The notes under the pieces are model-generated. The model was not told the DNA's origin. It worked only from the letters and a program-made list of their open reading frames with translations, and did no database searches. Source: Squalus acanthias (Eukaryota). Taken from it: a DNA stretch of 64,000 nt. Where the stretch lies: the NCBI GenBank assembly GCA_030390025.1, contig JASTWF010000034.1:5084001-5148000 (forward strand), read 5' to 3'. Below are positions 15,001-27,629 of this stretch, piece after piece. The translations under genes and the position numbers were made by a program. The stretch's first letter is position 1, and the number at the start of each line of letters is the position of its first letter.

Positions 15001-16420
15001 GCCTGGTCTCTGATCTAACAGTGTGTGTGTGGTATTCTGAATGTGCTCCTGGTCTCTGATCTAACAGTGTGTTTGTGGGAGTCTGAATGTGCTCCTGGTC
15101 TCTGATTTAACAGTGTGTGTGTGGAAGTCTGAATGGGCTCCTTGTCTCTGATCTAACACTGTATGTGTCGGATTCTGAATGGGGTCCTGGTCTCTGATCT
15201 AACAGTGTGTGTGTGGGAATCAGAATGAGCTCCTGCTCTCTGATGTAACAGTGTGTTTGTGGGAGTCTGAAAGGGCTCCTTGACTCTATTGTAACATTTT
15301 GTGTGTGGGAATCTGAATGGGCTCCTCGTGTCTATTCTAACACTGGGTGTGTGGGAGTTAGAATGTGCTCCTCGTCTCTGATCTGACAGTGTGTGTGTGG
15401 GAGTCTGAATTAGCTCCTGATCTCTGATCTAACAGTGTGTTTGTGGGTGTCTGAATGTGTCCCTGGTCTCTGATTTAACAGTATGTGTGCGGGAGACTGA
15501 ATGAGCTCCTGGCCTCTGGTCTAACAGTATGTGTCTGGGAGTCTGAATGTGCTCCTGGTCTCTGATCTAACAGTGTGTGTGTAGGATTCTGAATGATTTT
15601 CTTATCTCTGATCTAACAATGTTTGTGTGGGAGTCTGAATGGGCTCCAGGTCTCTGATCTAACAGTGTGTTTGTGGGACTCTGAATGAGCTCCTGGTCTC
15701 TGATCTGACAGTGTGTTTGTGGGAGTCTGAATGGGCTCCTCGTCTCTGATTTAACATTGTGTGTGTGGGAGTCTGAATGCGCTCCTGGTCTCTGATCTAA
15801 AAGTGTGTGTGTGGGAGTCTGAATGAGCTCTTGGTCTCTGATCTAACAGTGTGTGTGAGGGAGTCTGATTGAGCTCCTGGTCTCTGATCTAACAGTGTGT
15901 GTGGGAGTCTGAATGAGCTCCTGGTCTCTGATCTAACAGTATGTTTGTGGGAGTCTGAATGAGCTCATGGTCTCTGATCTAACAGTGTGTGTGTGGGAGT
16001 CTGAATGAGCTCGTGCTCTCTGATCTAACAGTGTGTTTTTGGGAGTCTGAATGAGCTCCTGGTCTCTGATCTAACAGAGTTTGTGTGGGAGTCTGAATGG
16101 GCACCTGGTCTCTGATATAACATTGTGTGTTTGGGTTTTCTGAATGAGCTCCTGGTCTCTGATCTAACCGTGTGTTCTTTTGGGAAGCTGTATGAGCTCC
16201 TGGCCTCTGATATAACAGTGTTTCTGTGGGATTTTGAATGAGCTCGTGCTCTCTGATCGAACAGTTTGTTTTTGGGAGTCTGAATGAGATCCAGGTCTCT
16301 GATTTAACAGTGTGTGTGTGGGAGTCTGATTTAGCTCCTGGTCTCTGATCCAACCGTGTGTTTTTTTGGGAATCTGTATGTACTCCTGGTGTCTGATCTG
16401 ACAGTGTGTGTATCGGAATG
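1..16420. repeat. 46-bp satellite array (consensus CTCTGATCTAACAGTGTGTGTGTGGGAGTCTGAATGGGCTCCTGGT), open at window start
   Basis: Monomer starts recur 46 bp apart (e.g. 7005 and 7051), with 44-bp variants from (GT)n slippage. Strongly G/T-rich on the + strand. Confidence 0.97.
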
Positions 16421-16436
16421 TTAGTTATGAACTGAC

Positions 16437-16496
16437 CTGCTCCATTGTTCAGGGAGAGTGTCTCTGTTTGTCTGCTCCGGGTGAATTTGATCGCCA
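16437..16496 (-). other. 60-nt phase 1-1 exon-like segment, (V)AIKFTRSRQTETLSLNNGA
   Basis: ctgtcatttcAG acceptor and GTCAGT donor, open frame. The paralogue at 18236-18299 is 64 nt, so out of frame. Confidence 0.45.
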
Positions 16497-17107
16497 CTGA
16501 AATGACAGGATTAGAATTTTCACCGAAATTACCTGAAATCTGTCACTGAAAAGCTGCTCTGACTTCCTGCCAGTGGATCAGACTGCGGGGTTCTTATTCT
16601 CTGAACTTCCGAATATCGAGTGAAATAATATTCAGCTCTTGGAGAGTTCAGCATACAGATGGGCAATACTTGTCCAGTTTTAATATAGATAGAAAATAAT
16701 CTACTTTCTATTTGATATATAAAGTGCCGGACTAGAAGGGGTTAAATTCAGCAGTTCAGTGATTGTAATTGATGCCAGTCTCCATGGGAACTAATTAACT
16801 CTGTTTGTTATTAATTAAATTCAGTTGAACACAAAGCAGATCATAAATTATTCTTTCCAATGTTTATTATAATGGAATATATTTAAAATATATCACAGAT
16901 TTACATTTTGCTCACATCAATATATCAATTCCTATCATTCAATCACTAAACACTCTGACTGTCCAAAAAACCAAGAGATGTTCATCTCACTCAGCGAGGT
17001 TGCACTGTGGGATTCGGGTTCACTCTGCAGGATTGAAAATGTAGACTGCTGGTTGGAAAGGTGCTAATTAATATCAGGACTTTCAAAATGCGGTAACAGA
17101 TTCTCAC

Positions 17108-17366
17108 CATTGTAAGCAGCACCTTTCAGGGATTCACTATTACTCTTTATAAGTTCAGTCTATACAGCATCAGTGTGAAAATCCCCATCCCCCTAATAAG
17201 GCAAAACAAATGCAACACGGATGTTCCATCATTGTGGGGGATGGAGATTTAACTGAAAGTTTTGTCTACACTGGTTAGAATCTGGATTATATATTTTAAT
17301 GTTCTGGTACTGAGCTGACACTGTCAAACACAGGTTCCTTTGAAATTTCCACCAGTAACAGTGAAC
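17108..17366 (-). pseudogene. SEA-like exon copy 1
   Basis: ttcAG...aatg|GTGAG boundaries, frameshifts and stop. Confidence 0.5.
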
Positions 17367-18902
17367 CTGAATCCCAGCATTAAATAAGACAGGTTACATT
17401 CCCGGCTGTGGTAACACCTCTTACTTCATTCAATCAGTGAATTTAATGATTGAATTGTTGGGAGTAAATTGTTAATTTGAGCTGAGAGTTATTTTGGGGA
17501 ATCTTTTAAAATATATTCTGTGATCTCAGAAATGATAATGGGAGACTTGTGTAAATCTGTTGTGCTCAGCTTACTGGAACTAATAAGAAGCAGAGATATG
17601 TAGTTTCCAGGTCAGTGATGTATCAGGAAGGGTAGTGAATATATAAGTGAGATCAGTGACTGAACAATTGAGGTCAGTAATGTCTCGGAATGGGCAGTGG
17701 CAGTACAATGTATGTCAGAGATAGTCCTAGAGATTTATTGACAGTACAATATCTGTCAGTAATGCAGCTCGGATTGTATGGACAGTACAAGTGATGTCAG
17801 TAATGTGCCTGGATGTGGAACGATGGTGCAAGTGAGGCTCGTGGACTACAGAATGTATAGTGACAGTATAAGTGAGGTCAGTGACATATCGGATTGGGTC
17901 GTAAAAGTAGATGTGAAGTCAGTTACATTTCTAAATAACTATCAAATTTTCCTGCATGTTCTGTGAGAAGGAATGATTTCTGTTGCTTGTGTTGAAACCG
18001 GCAGTGAGATTGTCAGCGAACAGGGGCATATTAGTGACAGTCCGTTGGTCACAGCAGCATCAGACATTATTCCCGCTCATGTTTATTACACATCTGAAAA
18101 TATTTAAATAGAGATATCGAGGAGGGGCAATCAGGACAATCCACTTCTCCCAAAGATCAGTTTCTGAACACCCCAGGTTTGCTAAATCTGATCTTTGGGT
18201 CGTGCTGTACCAGAGAATTTTATTTGTGAACTGACCTGCTCCATGTTTCAAGGACGGTATCTGAGTGTAAACTGACCGGGTGAATTGGATAGACAGTCGC
18301 TGAAATGACAGGGTTAGAATTTATCACCGAAATTGTCTGAAATCTGTAACTAAATCTCTGCTCTCAATGTAATGCTATCGGACTGCAGGGCTCATATTTT
18401 CTATTATTCCCAATTCTATTGAAATAATATAGAGTTATTTTGGGAGTACACCTTACAGACGGGCAATACCTGTCTCATATTAATATAGATATAAAATCAT
18501 ATACTTTATATTTGTTATATGAAGTACCGGACCAGAACAGGTTAATTTCAGCCGTTCAGTGACTAATTGATGCCAGTCTCCATGGGAACTAATTGTCTCT
18601 GCTTGTTATTAATTCCAGTTAGTTGAACACAGCAGGTCATAGAGTATTCTTTGCAATGTTTATTATAATGGAACATATTTAAAATATATCACAGATCTGC
18701 ATTTTGCTAATCTCAATAAATCAATTCCTATCATTTAATCATTAAACACCCTGACTGTACAAAAACCAAGAGATGTTCATGTCACTCAGCGAGGTTGCAC
18801 TGTGGGAATCGGGTTCACTCTGTAGGATTGAAAATGTAGACTGCTGGTTGGAAACGTGCTAATTAATATCAGGACTTTCAAAATACGGCAACAGATTCTC
18901 AC

Positions 18903-19163
18903 CATTGTAAGCAGCACATTTAAGGGATTCACTATTCCTCTTTATAAGTTCAGTCTATACAGCATCAGTGTGAAAATTCCCAGCCCCCCTCATAAGGCAG
19001 AACACAGGCAACACGGACGGTTCCTCATTGTGGGGGATGGAGATTTCATTGAAAGTTTTGTCTACACTGGTTAGAATCTGGATTATATATTTTAATGTTC
19101 TGGTACGGAGCTGACACTGTCCAACACAGGATTCCTTTGAAATTTCCACCTGTAACAGTGAAC
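18903..19163 (-). pseudogene. SEA-like exon copy 2
   Basis: Same boundaries. Contains ORF 18955-19149 ending in DAV*. Confidence 0.5.
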
Positions 19164-19815
19164 CTGAATCCCAGCGTTAAACAAGACAGGTTACATTCCC
19201 GGCCGTGGTTGCATCTCTGACTTCATTCAATCAGTGAATTTAACAATTGAATTGTTGGGAGTGAATTGCAGAATTGACCTTAGTGTTAGTTTGGGGAATC
19301 TTTTAAAATATATTCTGTGATCTCAGAAATGATAATGGGAGCCTTGTTTAAATCTGTTGTCAGCTTACTGTAACTAATACGAAGGAGAGACATGTAGGTT
19401 CCAGGGTGAGTCACATTCAATCCAGTCACTGAACAGCAGCAGTTTCCCTTTCATTCTAAGACTCTTTACACAACAATATACTTTAAACCAGGTATTGGAC
19501 AGATGTATATTAAAAACCCCACAAACCACAGAATATGGTCATTTTAATAACTATTGGGAATAACAGACGGTGCGAATCGCTCGGTTTGACAGGAATGATG
19601 AGAAGTGGGAGCCGATTAATTTACAGTTTTAAATCATTTCCATGAGTCGATGTAATCTTGTCATTTCATACACTTTCTATCCACTTCTCAGGGGTGGGAT
19701 TGACAGTCACACATAGAAACTGAAACATTTCACTGGACAGACTCCAAAAAAAAAATCAGAAATTGGGAAATCTGCAGGTTATATTTCTATTATAATTCAC
19801 TCCATGGTTCCTCAC

Positions 19816-19991
19816 CAGTGATCCTTCAGATAATCTAAAATAGGTTCATCGTTCTGTATTTAATTAAATTAATGGATAAATGTACTGTAATTTTGAACAA
19901 TTCGTTTATATTGCCCTGGATCCGTGAGATTTCAGGAGTATTGTAAGAGAGAGCCGTATGTCTGAGGCAGCGCCATCGTGCAACGGTGCAC
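19816..19991 (-). pseudogene. 176-nt exon-like segment (SEA-like N-terminal half?); copies at 24524-24699 and ~27436-27612
   Basis: tttAG acceptor and GTGAG donor. Mixed-frame translation DIRLSLTIL/NLTDPGQYKRIVQNY. Confidence 0.35.
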
Positions 19992-19999
19992 CTAAATGT

Positions 20000-20500
20000 A
20001 TCTGGATGGGTAGTGACAGTATGAGTGAGGTCAGTGATAAACCTGGATGGGTAGTGACAGTATGAATGAGGTCAGTGATAAACCTGGATGGGTAGTGACA
20101 GTATGAGTGAGTTCAATGATAAACCTGGATGGCTACTGACAGTATGAGAGAGGTCAGTGATAATCCTGGATGGGTAGTGACAGTATGCGTGAGGTCAGTG
20201 ATAAACCTGGACGGGTAGTGACAGTATGAGTGAGTTCAGTGATAAACCTGGATGGGTAGTGACAGTATGAGTGAGGTCAGTGATAATCCTGGATGGGAAG
20301 TGACAGTATGAGTGAGGTCAGTGATAAACCTGGATGGGTAGTGACAGTATGAGTGAGGTCAGTGATAATCCTGGATGGGTAGTGACAGTATGAGTGAGGT
20401 CAGTGATAAACCTGGATGGGTAGTGACAGTATGAGTGAGGTCAGTGATAATCCTGCATGGGTAGTGACAGTATGAGTGATGTCAGGTTAAACCTGGATGG
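20000..20500. repeat. 41-bp minisatellite (CCTGGATGGGTAGTGACAGTATGAGTGAGGTCAGTGATAAA), ~12 copies
   Basis: Period 41 (20041 and 20082). Confidence 0.95.
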
Positions 20501-21815
20501 GCATTGATAACACAGGTCAGTTCAGTGATGTATCAGGAAGGGAAGCGAATATTTAAGTGAGATCAGTGACTGAACAATTGAGGTCAGTAATGTCTCGGAA
20601 TGGATAGTGGCAGTACAAACTATATCAGAGATATTCCTTACTTGTAATTACAGTACAGCATCTGTAAGTAAACCAGCTCGGTTTGTATTGACAGTACAAG
20701 TGAGGTCAATAATGTACCTGGATGTGGAATGTTGGTTCAAGTGAGGTTCGTGGTATACAGAATGGATAGTGACAGTATAAGTGAGGTCAGTGACATATCG
20801 GAATGGGTAGTAACAGTAGATGTGAAGTCAGTTACATTTCTAAATAACTGTCAAATCTTCCTGCATATTCTGTGAGAAGCGATGATTTCTGTTGCTTGTG
20901 TTGAAACCGGCAGTGAGACTGTCAGCTAACAGGGTCATATTAGTGCCAGTCCGTTGGTCACAGCAGCATCAGACATTATTCCCGCTCATGTTTATTACAG
21001 AACTGAAAATATTTAAATTGGGATACCGAGGAGTGGCAATCAGGACAATCCACTTCTCCCAAAGATCAGTTTCTGAACACTCAAGTTTGATTTAGCAAAT
21101 CTGATCTTTAGGTCGTGCTGTCCCAGAGAATTGTATTTGTGAACTGACCTGCTCCATGTTTCAAGGACGGTATCTGAGTGTAAACTGACCGGGTGAATTG
21201 GATAGACAGTCGCGGTAAGGACAGGATTACAATTTATCACCGAAATTATCTGAAATCTGTAACTAAATCTCTGCTCTCAATGTAATCCTATCGGACTGTG
21301 GGACTCATATTTTCTATTATTCCCAACTGTAGTGAAATAATATTCAGTTCTTTTGGGAGTTCACTTTATATACTGGAGATATCTGTCTCATATTAATATA
21401 GATATAAAATCATATACTTTATATTTGTTATATGAACCGCCGGACCAGAACAGGTTAATTTCAGCCATTCAGTGACTAATTGATGCTAGTCTCCATGGGA
21501 ACTAATTGTCTCTGCTTGTTATTAATTCCAGCCAGTTGAACACAGCAAGTCATAGAGTATTCTTTCCAATGTTTATTATAATGGAAAATATTTAAAATAT
21601 ATCACAGATCTGCATTTTGCTACTCTCAATAAATCAATTCCTATCATTTAATCATTAAACACTCTGACTGTACAAAAACCAAGAGATGTTCATCTCACTC
21701 AGCGAGGTTGCATTGTGGGAATCGGGTTCACTCTGCAGGATTGAAAATGTAGACTGCTGGGTGGAAAGATGCTAATTAATATCAGGACTTTCAAAATACG
21801 GAAACAGATTCTCAC

Positions 21816-22074
21816 CATTGTAAGCAGCACCTTTCAGGTATTCACTACTCCTCTTTATAATTCAGTCTATACAGCATCAGTGTGAAAATCCCCAGCTCCC
21901 CTAATGAGGCAGAACACAAGCAACATCGACGGTCCCTCATTGTGGGGGATGGAGATTTAACTGAAAGTTTTGTCTACACTGGTTAGAATCTGGATTATAT
22001 ATTTTAATGTTCTGGTACTGAGCTGACACTGTCAAACACAGGTTCCTTTGAAATTTCCACCAGTAACAGTGAAC
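21816..22074 (-). pseudogene. SEA-like exon copy 3
   Basis: Paralogous to copies 1 and 2, same splice boundaries. Confidence 0.5.
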
Positions 22075-23610
22075 CTGAATCCCAGCATTAAATAAGACAG
22101 GTTACATTCCCGGCTGTGGTAACACCTCTTACTTCATTCAATCAGTGAATTTAATGATTGAATTGTTGGGAGTAAATTGTTAATTTGAGCTGAGAGTTAT
22201 TTTGGGGAATCTTTTAAAATATATTCTGTGATCTCAGAAATGATAATGGGAGACTTGTGTAAATCTGTTGTGCTCAGCTTACTGGAACTAATAAGAAGCA
22301 GAGATATGTAGTTTCCAGGTCAGTGATGTATCAGGAAGGGTAGTGAATATATAAGTGAGATCAGTGACTGAACAATTGAGGTCAGTAATGTCTCGGAATG
22401 GGCAGTGGCAGTACAATGTATGTCAGAGATAGTCCTAGAGATTTATTGACAGTACAATATCTGTCAGTAATGCAGCTCGGATTGTATGGACAGTACAAGT
22501 GATGTCAGTAATGTGCCTGGATGTGGAACGATGGTGCAAGTGAGGCTCGTGGACTACAGAATGTATAGTGACAGTACAAGTGAGGTCAGTGACATATCGG
22601 AATGGGTAGTAACAGTAGATGTGAAGTCAGTTACATTTCTAAATAACTATCAAATCTTCCTGCATGTTCTGTGAGAAGGAATGATTTCTGTTGCTTGTGT
22701 TGAAACCGGCAGTGAGATTGTCAGCGAACAGGGGCATATTAGTGACAGTCCGTTGGTCACAGCAGCATCAGACATTATTCCCGCTCATGTTTATTACACA
22801 TCTGAAAATATTTAAATAGAGATATCGAGGAGGGGCAATCAGGACAATCCACTTCTCCCAAAGATCAGTTTCTGAACACCCCAGGTTTGCTAAATCTGAT
22901 CTTTGGGTCGTGCTGTACCAGAGAATTTTATTTGTGAACTGACCTGCTCCATGTTTCAAGGACGGTATCTGAGTGTAAACTGACCGGGTGAATTGGATAG
23001 ACAGTCGCTGAAATGACAGGGTTAGAATTTATCACCGAAATTGTCTGAAATCTGTAACTAAATCTCTGCTCTCAATGTAATGCTATCGGACTGCAGGGCT
23101 CATATTTTCTATTATTCCCAATTCTATTGAAATAATATAGAGTTATTTTGGGAGTTCACCTTACAGACGGGCAATACCTGTCTCATATTAATATAGATAT
23201 AAAATCATATACTTTATATTTGTTATATGAAGTACCGGACCAGAACAGGTTAATTTCAGCCGTTCAGTGACTAATTGATGCCAGTCTCCATGGGAACTAA
23301 TTGTCTCTGCTTGTTATTAATTCCAGTTAGTTGAACACAGCAGGTCATAGAGTATTCTTTGCAATGTTTATTATAATGGAACATATTTAAAATATATCAC
23401 AGATCTGCATTTTGCTAATCTCAATAAATCAATTCCTATCATTTAATCATTAAACACCCTGACTGTACAAAAACCAAGAGATGTTCATGTCACTCAGCGA
23501 GGTTGCACTGTGGGAATCGGGTTCACTCTGTAGGATTGAAAATGTAGACTGCTGGTTGGAAACGTGCTAATTAATATCAGGACTTTCAAAATACGGCAAC
23601 AGATTCTCAC

Positions 23611-23871
23611 CATTGTAAGCAGCACATTTAAGGGATTCACTATTCCTCTTTATAAGTTCAGTCTATACAGCATCAGTGTGAAAATTCCCAGCCCCCCTCA
23701 TAAGGCAGAACACAGGCAACACGGACGGTTCCTCATTGTGGGGGATGGAGATTTCATTGAAAGTTTTGTCTACACTGGTTAGAATCTGGATTATATATTT
23801 TAATGTTCTGGTACGGAGCTGACACTGTCCAACACAGGATTCCTTTGAAATTTCCACCTGTAACAGTGAAC
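23611..23871 (-). pseudogene. SEA-like exon copy 4
   Basis: Duplicate of copy 2 at +4708. Confidence 0.5.
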
Positions 23872-24707
23872 CTGAATCCCAGCGTTAAACAAGACAGGTT
23901 ACATTCCCGGCCGTGGTTGCATCTCTGACTTCATTCAATCAGTGAATTTAACAATTGAATTGTTGGGAGTGAATTGCAGAATTGACCTTAGTGTTAGTTT
24001 GGGGAATCTTTTAAAATATATTCTGTGATCTCAGAAATGATAATGGGAGCCTTGTTTAAATCTGTTGTCAGCTTACTGTAACTAATACGAAGGAGAGACA
24101 TGTAGGTTCCAGGGTGAGTCACATTCAATCCAGTCACTGAACAGCAGCAGTTTCCCTTTCATTCTAAGACTCTTTACACAACAATATACTTTACACCAGG
24201 TATTGGACAGATGTATATTAAAAACCCCACAAACCACAGAATATGGTCATTTTAATAACTATTGGGAATAACAGACGGTGCGAATCGCTCGGTTTGACAG
24301 GAATGATGAGAAGTGGGAGCCGATTAATTTACAGTTTTAAATCATTTCCATGAGTCGATGTAATCTTGTCATTTCATACACTTTCTATCCACTTCTCAGG
24401 GGTGGGATTGACAGTCACACATAGAAACTGAAACATTTCACTGGACAGACTCCAAAAAAAAAATCAGAAATTGGGAAATCTGCAGGTTATATTTCTATTA
24501 TAATTCACTCCATGGTTCCTCACCAGTGATCCTTCAGATAATCTAAAATAGGTTCATCGTTCTGTATTTAATTAAATTAATGGATAAATGTACTGTAATT
24601 TTGAACAATTCGTTTATATTGCCCTGGATCCGTGAGATTTCAGGAGTATTGTAAGAGAGAGCCGTATGTCTGAGGCAGCGCCATCGTGCAACGGTGCACC
24701 TAAATGT

Positions 24708-25208
24708 ATCTGGATGGGTAGTGACAGTATGAGTGAGGTCAGTGATAAACCTGGATGGGTAGTGACAGTATGAATGAGGTCAGTGATAAACCTGGATGGG
24801 TAGTGACAGTTTGAGTGAGGTCAATGATAAACCTGGATGGCTACTGACAGTATGAGAGAGGTCAGTGATAATCCTGGATGGGTAGTGACAGTATGCGTGA
24901 GGTCAGTGATAAACCTGGACGGGTAGTGACAGTATGAGTGAGTTCAGTGATAAACCTGGATGGGTAGTGACAGTATGAGTGAGGTCAGTGATAATCCTGG
25001 ATGGGAAGTGACAGTATGAGTGAGGTCAGTGATAAACCTGGATGGGTAGTGACAGTATGAGTGAGGTCAGTGATAATCCTGGATGGGTAGTGACAGTATG
25101 AGTGAGGTCAGTGATAAACCTGGATGGGTAGTGACAGTATGAGTGAGGTCAGTGATAATCCTGCATGGGTAGTGACAGTATGAGTGATGTCAGGTTAAAC
25201 CTGGATGG
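24708..25208. repeat. 41-bp minisatellite, duplicate copy
   Basis: Same array at +4708. Confidence 0.95.
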
Positions 25209-26523
25209 GCATTGATAACACAGGTCAGTTCAGTGATGTATCAGGAAGGGAAGCGAATATTTAAGTGAGATCAGTGACTGAACAATTGAGGTCAGTAATG
25301 TCTCGGAATGGATAGTGGCAGTACAAACTATATCAGAGATATTCCTTACTTGTAATTACAGTACAGCATCTGTAAGTAAACCAGCTCGGTTTGTATTGAC
25401 AGTACAAGTGAGGTCAATAATGTACCTGGATGTGGAATGTTGGTTCAAGTGAGGTTCGTGGTATACAGAATGGATAGTGACAGTATAAGTGAGGTCAGTG
25501 ACATATCGGAATGGGTAGTAACAGTAGATGTGAAGTCAGTTACATTTCTAAATAACTGTCAAATCTTCCTGCATATTCTGTGAGAAGCGATGATTTCTGT
25601 TGCTTGTGTTGAAACCGGCAGTGAGACTGTCAGCTAACAGGGTCATATTAGTGCCAGTCCGTTGGTCACAGCAGCATCAGACATTATTCCCGCTCATGTT
25701 TATTACAGAACTGAAAATATTTAAATTGGGATACCGAGGAGTGGCAATCAGGACAATCCACTTCTCCCAAAGATCAGTTTCTGAACACTCAAGTTTGATT
25801 TAGCAAATCTGATCTTTAGGTCGTGCTGTCCCAGAGAATTGTATTTGTGAACTGACCTGCTCCATGTTTCAAGGACGGTATCTGAGTGTAAACTGACCGG
25901 GTGAATTGGATAGACAGTCGCGGTAAGGACAGGATTACAATTTATCACCGAAATTATCTGAAATCTGTAACGAAATCTCTGCTCTCAATGTAATCCTATC
26001 GGACTGTGGGACTCATATTTTCTATTATTCCCAACTGTAGTGAAATAATATTCAGTTCTTTTGGGAGTTCACTTTATATACTGGAGATATCTGTCTCATA
26101 TTAATATAGATATAAAATCATATACTTTATATTTGTTATATGAACCGCCGGACCAGAACAGGTTAATTTCAGCCATTCAGTGACTAATTGATGCTAGTCT
26201 CCATGGGAACTAATTGTCTCTGCTTGTTATTAATTCCAGCAAGTTGAACACAGCAAGTCATAGAGTATTCTTTCCAATGTTTATTATAATGGAAAATATT
26301 TAAAATATATCACAGATCTGCATTTTGCTACTCTCAATAAATCAATTCCTATCATTTAATCATTAAACACTCTGACTGTACAAAAACCAAGAGATGTTCA
26401 TCTCACTCAGCGAGGTTGCATTGTGGGAATCGGGTTCACTCTGCAGGATTGAAAATGTAGACTGCTGGGTGGAAAGATGCTAATTAATATCAGGACTTTC
26501 AAAATACGGAAACAGATTCTCAC

Positions 26524-26783
26524 CATTGTAAGCAGCACCTTTCAGGTATTCACTACTCCTCTTTATAATTCAGTCTATACAGCATCAGTGTGAAAATCCC
26601 CAGCTCCCCTAATGAGGCAGAACACAAGCAACATCGACGGTCCCTCATTGTGGGGGATGGAGATTTAACTGAAAGTTTTGTCTACACTGGTTAGAATCTG
26701 GGTTATATATTTTAATGTTCTGGTACTGAGCTGACACTGTCCAACACAGGATCCCTCTCAAATTTCCACCAGTAACAGTGAAC
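26524..26783 (-). pseudogene. SEA-like exon copy 5
   Basis: Paralogous, same splice boundaries. Confidence 0.5.
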
Positions 26784-27629
26784 CTGAATCCCAGCATTAA
26801 ACAAGACAGGTTACATTCCCGGCCGTGGTAACATCTCTGACTTCATTAAATCAGTGAATTTAATAATTGAATTGTTGGAAGTGAATTGTAGAGTTGAGCT
26901 TCGTGTTAGTTTGGGGCATCTTTTAAAATATATTCTGTGATCTCAGAAATGATAATGGGAGATTGTGTAAATCTGTTGTCAGCTTACTGTAACTAATAAG
27001 AGGCAGAAACATGGAGGTTCCAGGGTGAGTCACATTCAATCCAGTCACTGAACAGCAGCAGATTCCCTTTTCACTTTAAGACTCTTTACACAACAATATA
27101 CTTTAAACCAGGTATTGGACAGATGAATATTAAAAACCCTACATACCATAGAATAGGATCATTTTAATAACTATTGGGAATAACAGACGGTGCGAATCGC
27201 TCGGTCTGACAGGAATGATGAGAAGTGGGAGCCGATTAATTTACAGTTTTAAATCATTTCCATGAGCCGATGTAATCATGACATTTATACAATTTCTATC
27301 GGCTTCTCAGGGGTGGGCTTAAAAGTCACACATAGAAACTGAAACATTTTACTGGTCAGAATCCCCAAAAAAATATCAGAAATTGGATAATCAGCAGGTT
27401 ATATTTCTATTATAATTCACTTCATGGTTCCTCACCTGTGATATTTCAGATAATCTAAAAAGGTTCCATGTTCTGTATTTAATTAAACTAATGTATAAAT
27501 CTACTGTAATTTTGAACAATTCGTTTATATTGCCTTGGATCCGTGAGATTTCAGGAGTAATGAAAGAGAGAGCCGTAAGTCTGAGGCAGCGCCATCGTGC
27601 AACGTTGCACCAGCGATGTATCTGGAAGG

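Larger units (their letters stand above)
17229..26701. repeat. Near-identical direct tandem duplication, period 4708 bp
   Basis: ORF pairs 17778/22486, 18060/22768, 18856/23564 and 20892/25600 are all offset by 4708 with identical or near-identical translations. Confidence 0.97.

Noticed and set aside
3246..16420. Many minus-strand ORFs (LDQRPGAHSDSHTH...)
   Set aside because: They are translations of the 46-bp satellite, whose period is not a multiple of 3. No domain content.
1..16420. CRISPR-like or hammerhead-like reading of the satellite (CTGATC, hairpin)
   Set aside because: No unique spacers or cas genes, eukaryotic context, and no CUGANGA/GAAA core.
18903..19163. Ig or class II cytokine-receptor FN3 reading (FTVTGGNFKGILCW)
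   Set aside because: The downstream Trp/Cys pattern does not follow. The SEA-like pattern fits more of the exon, though neither is verified.
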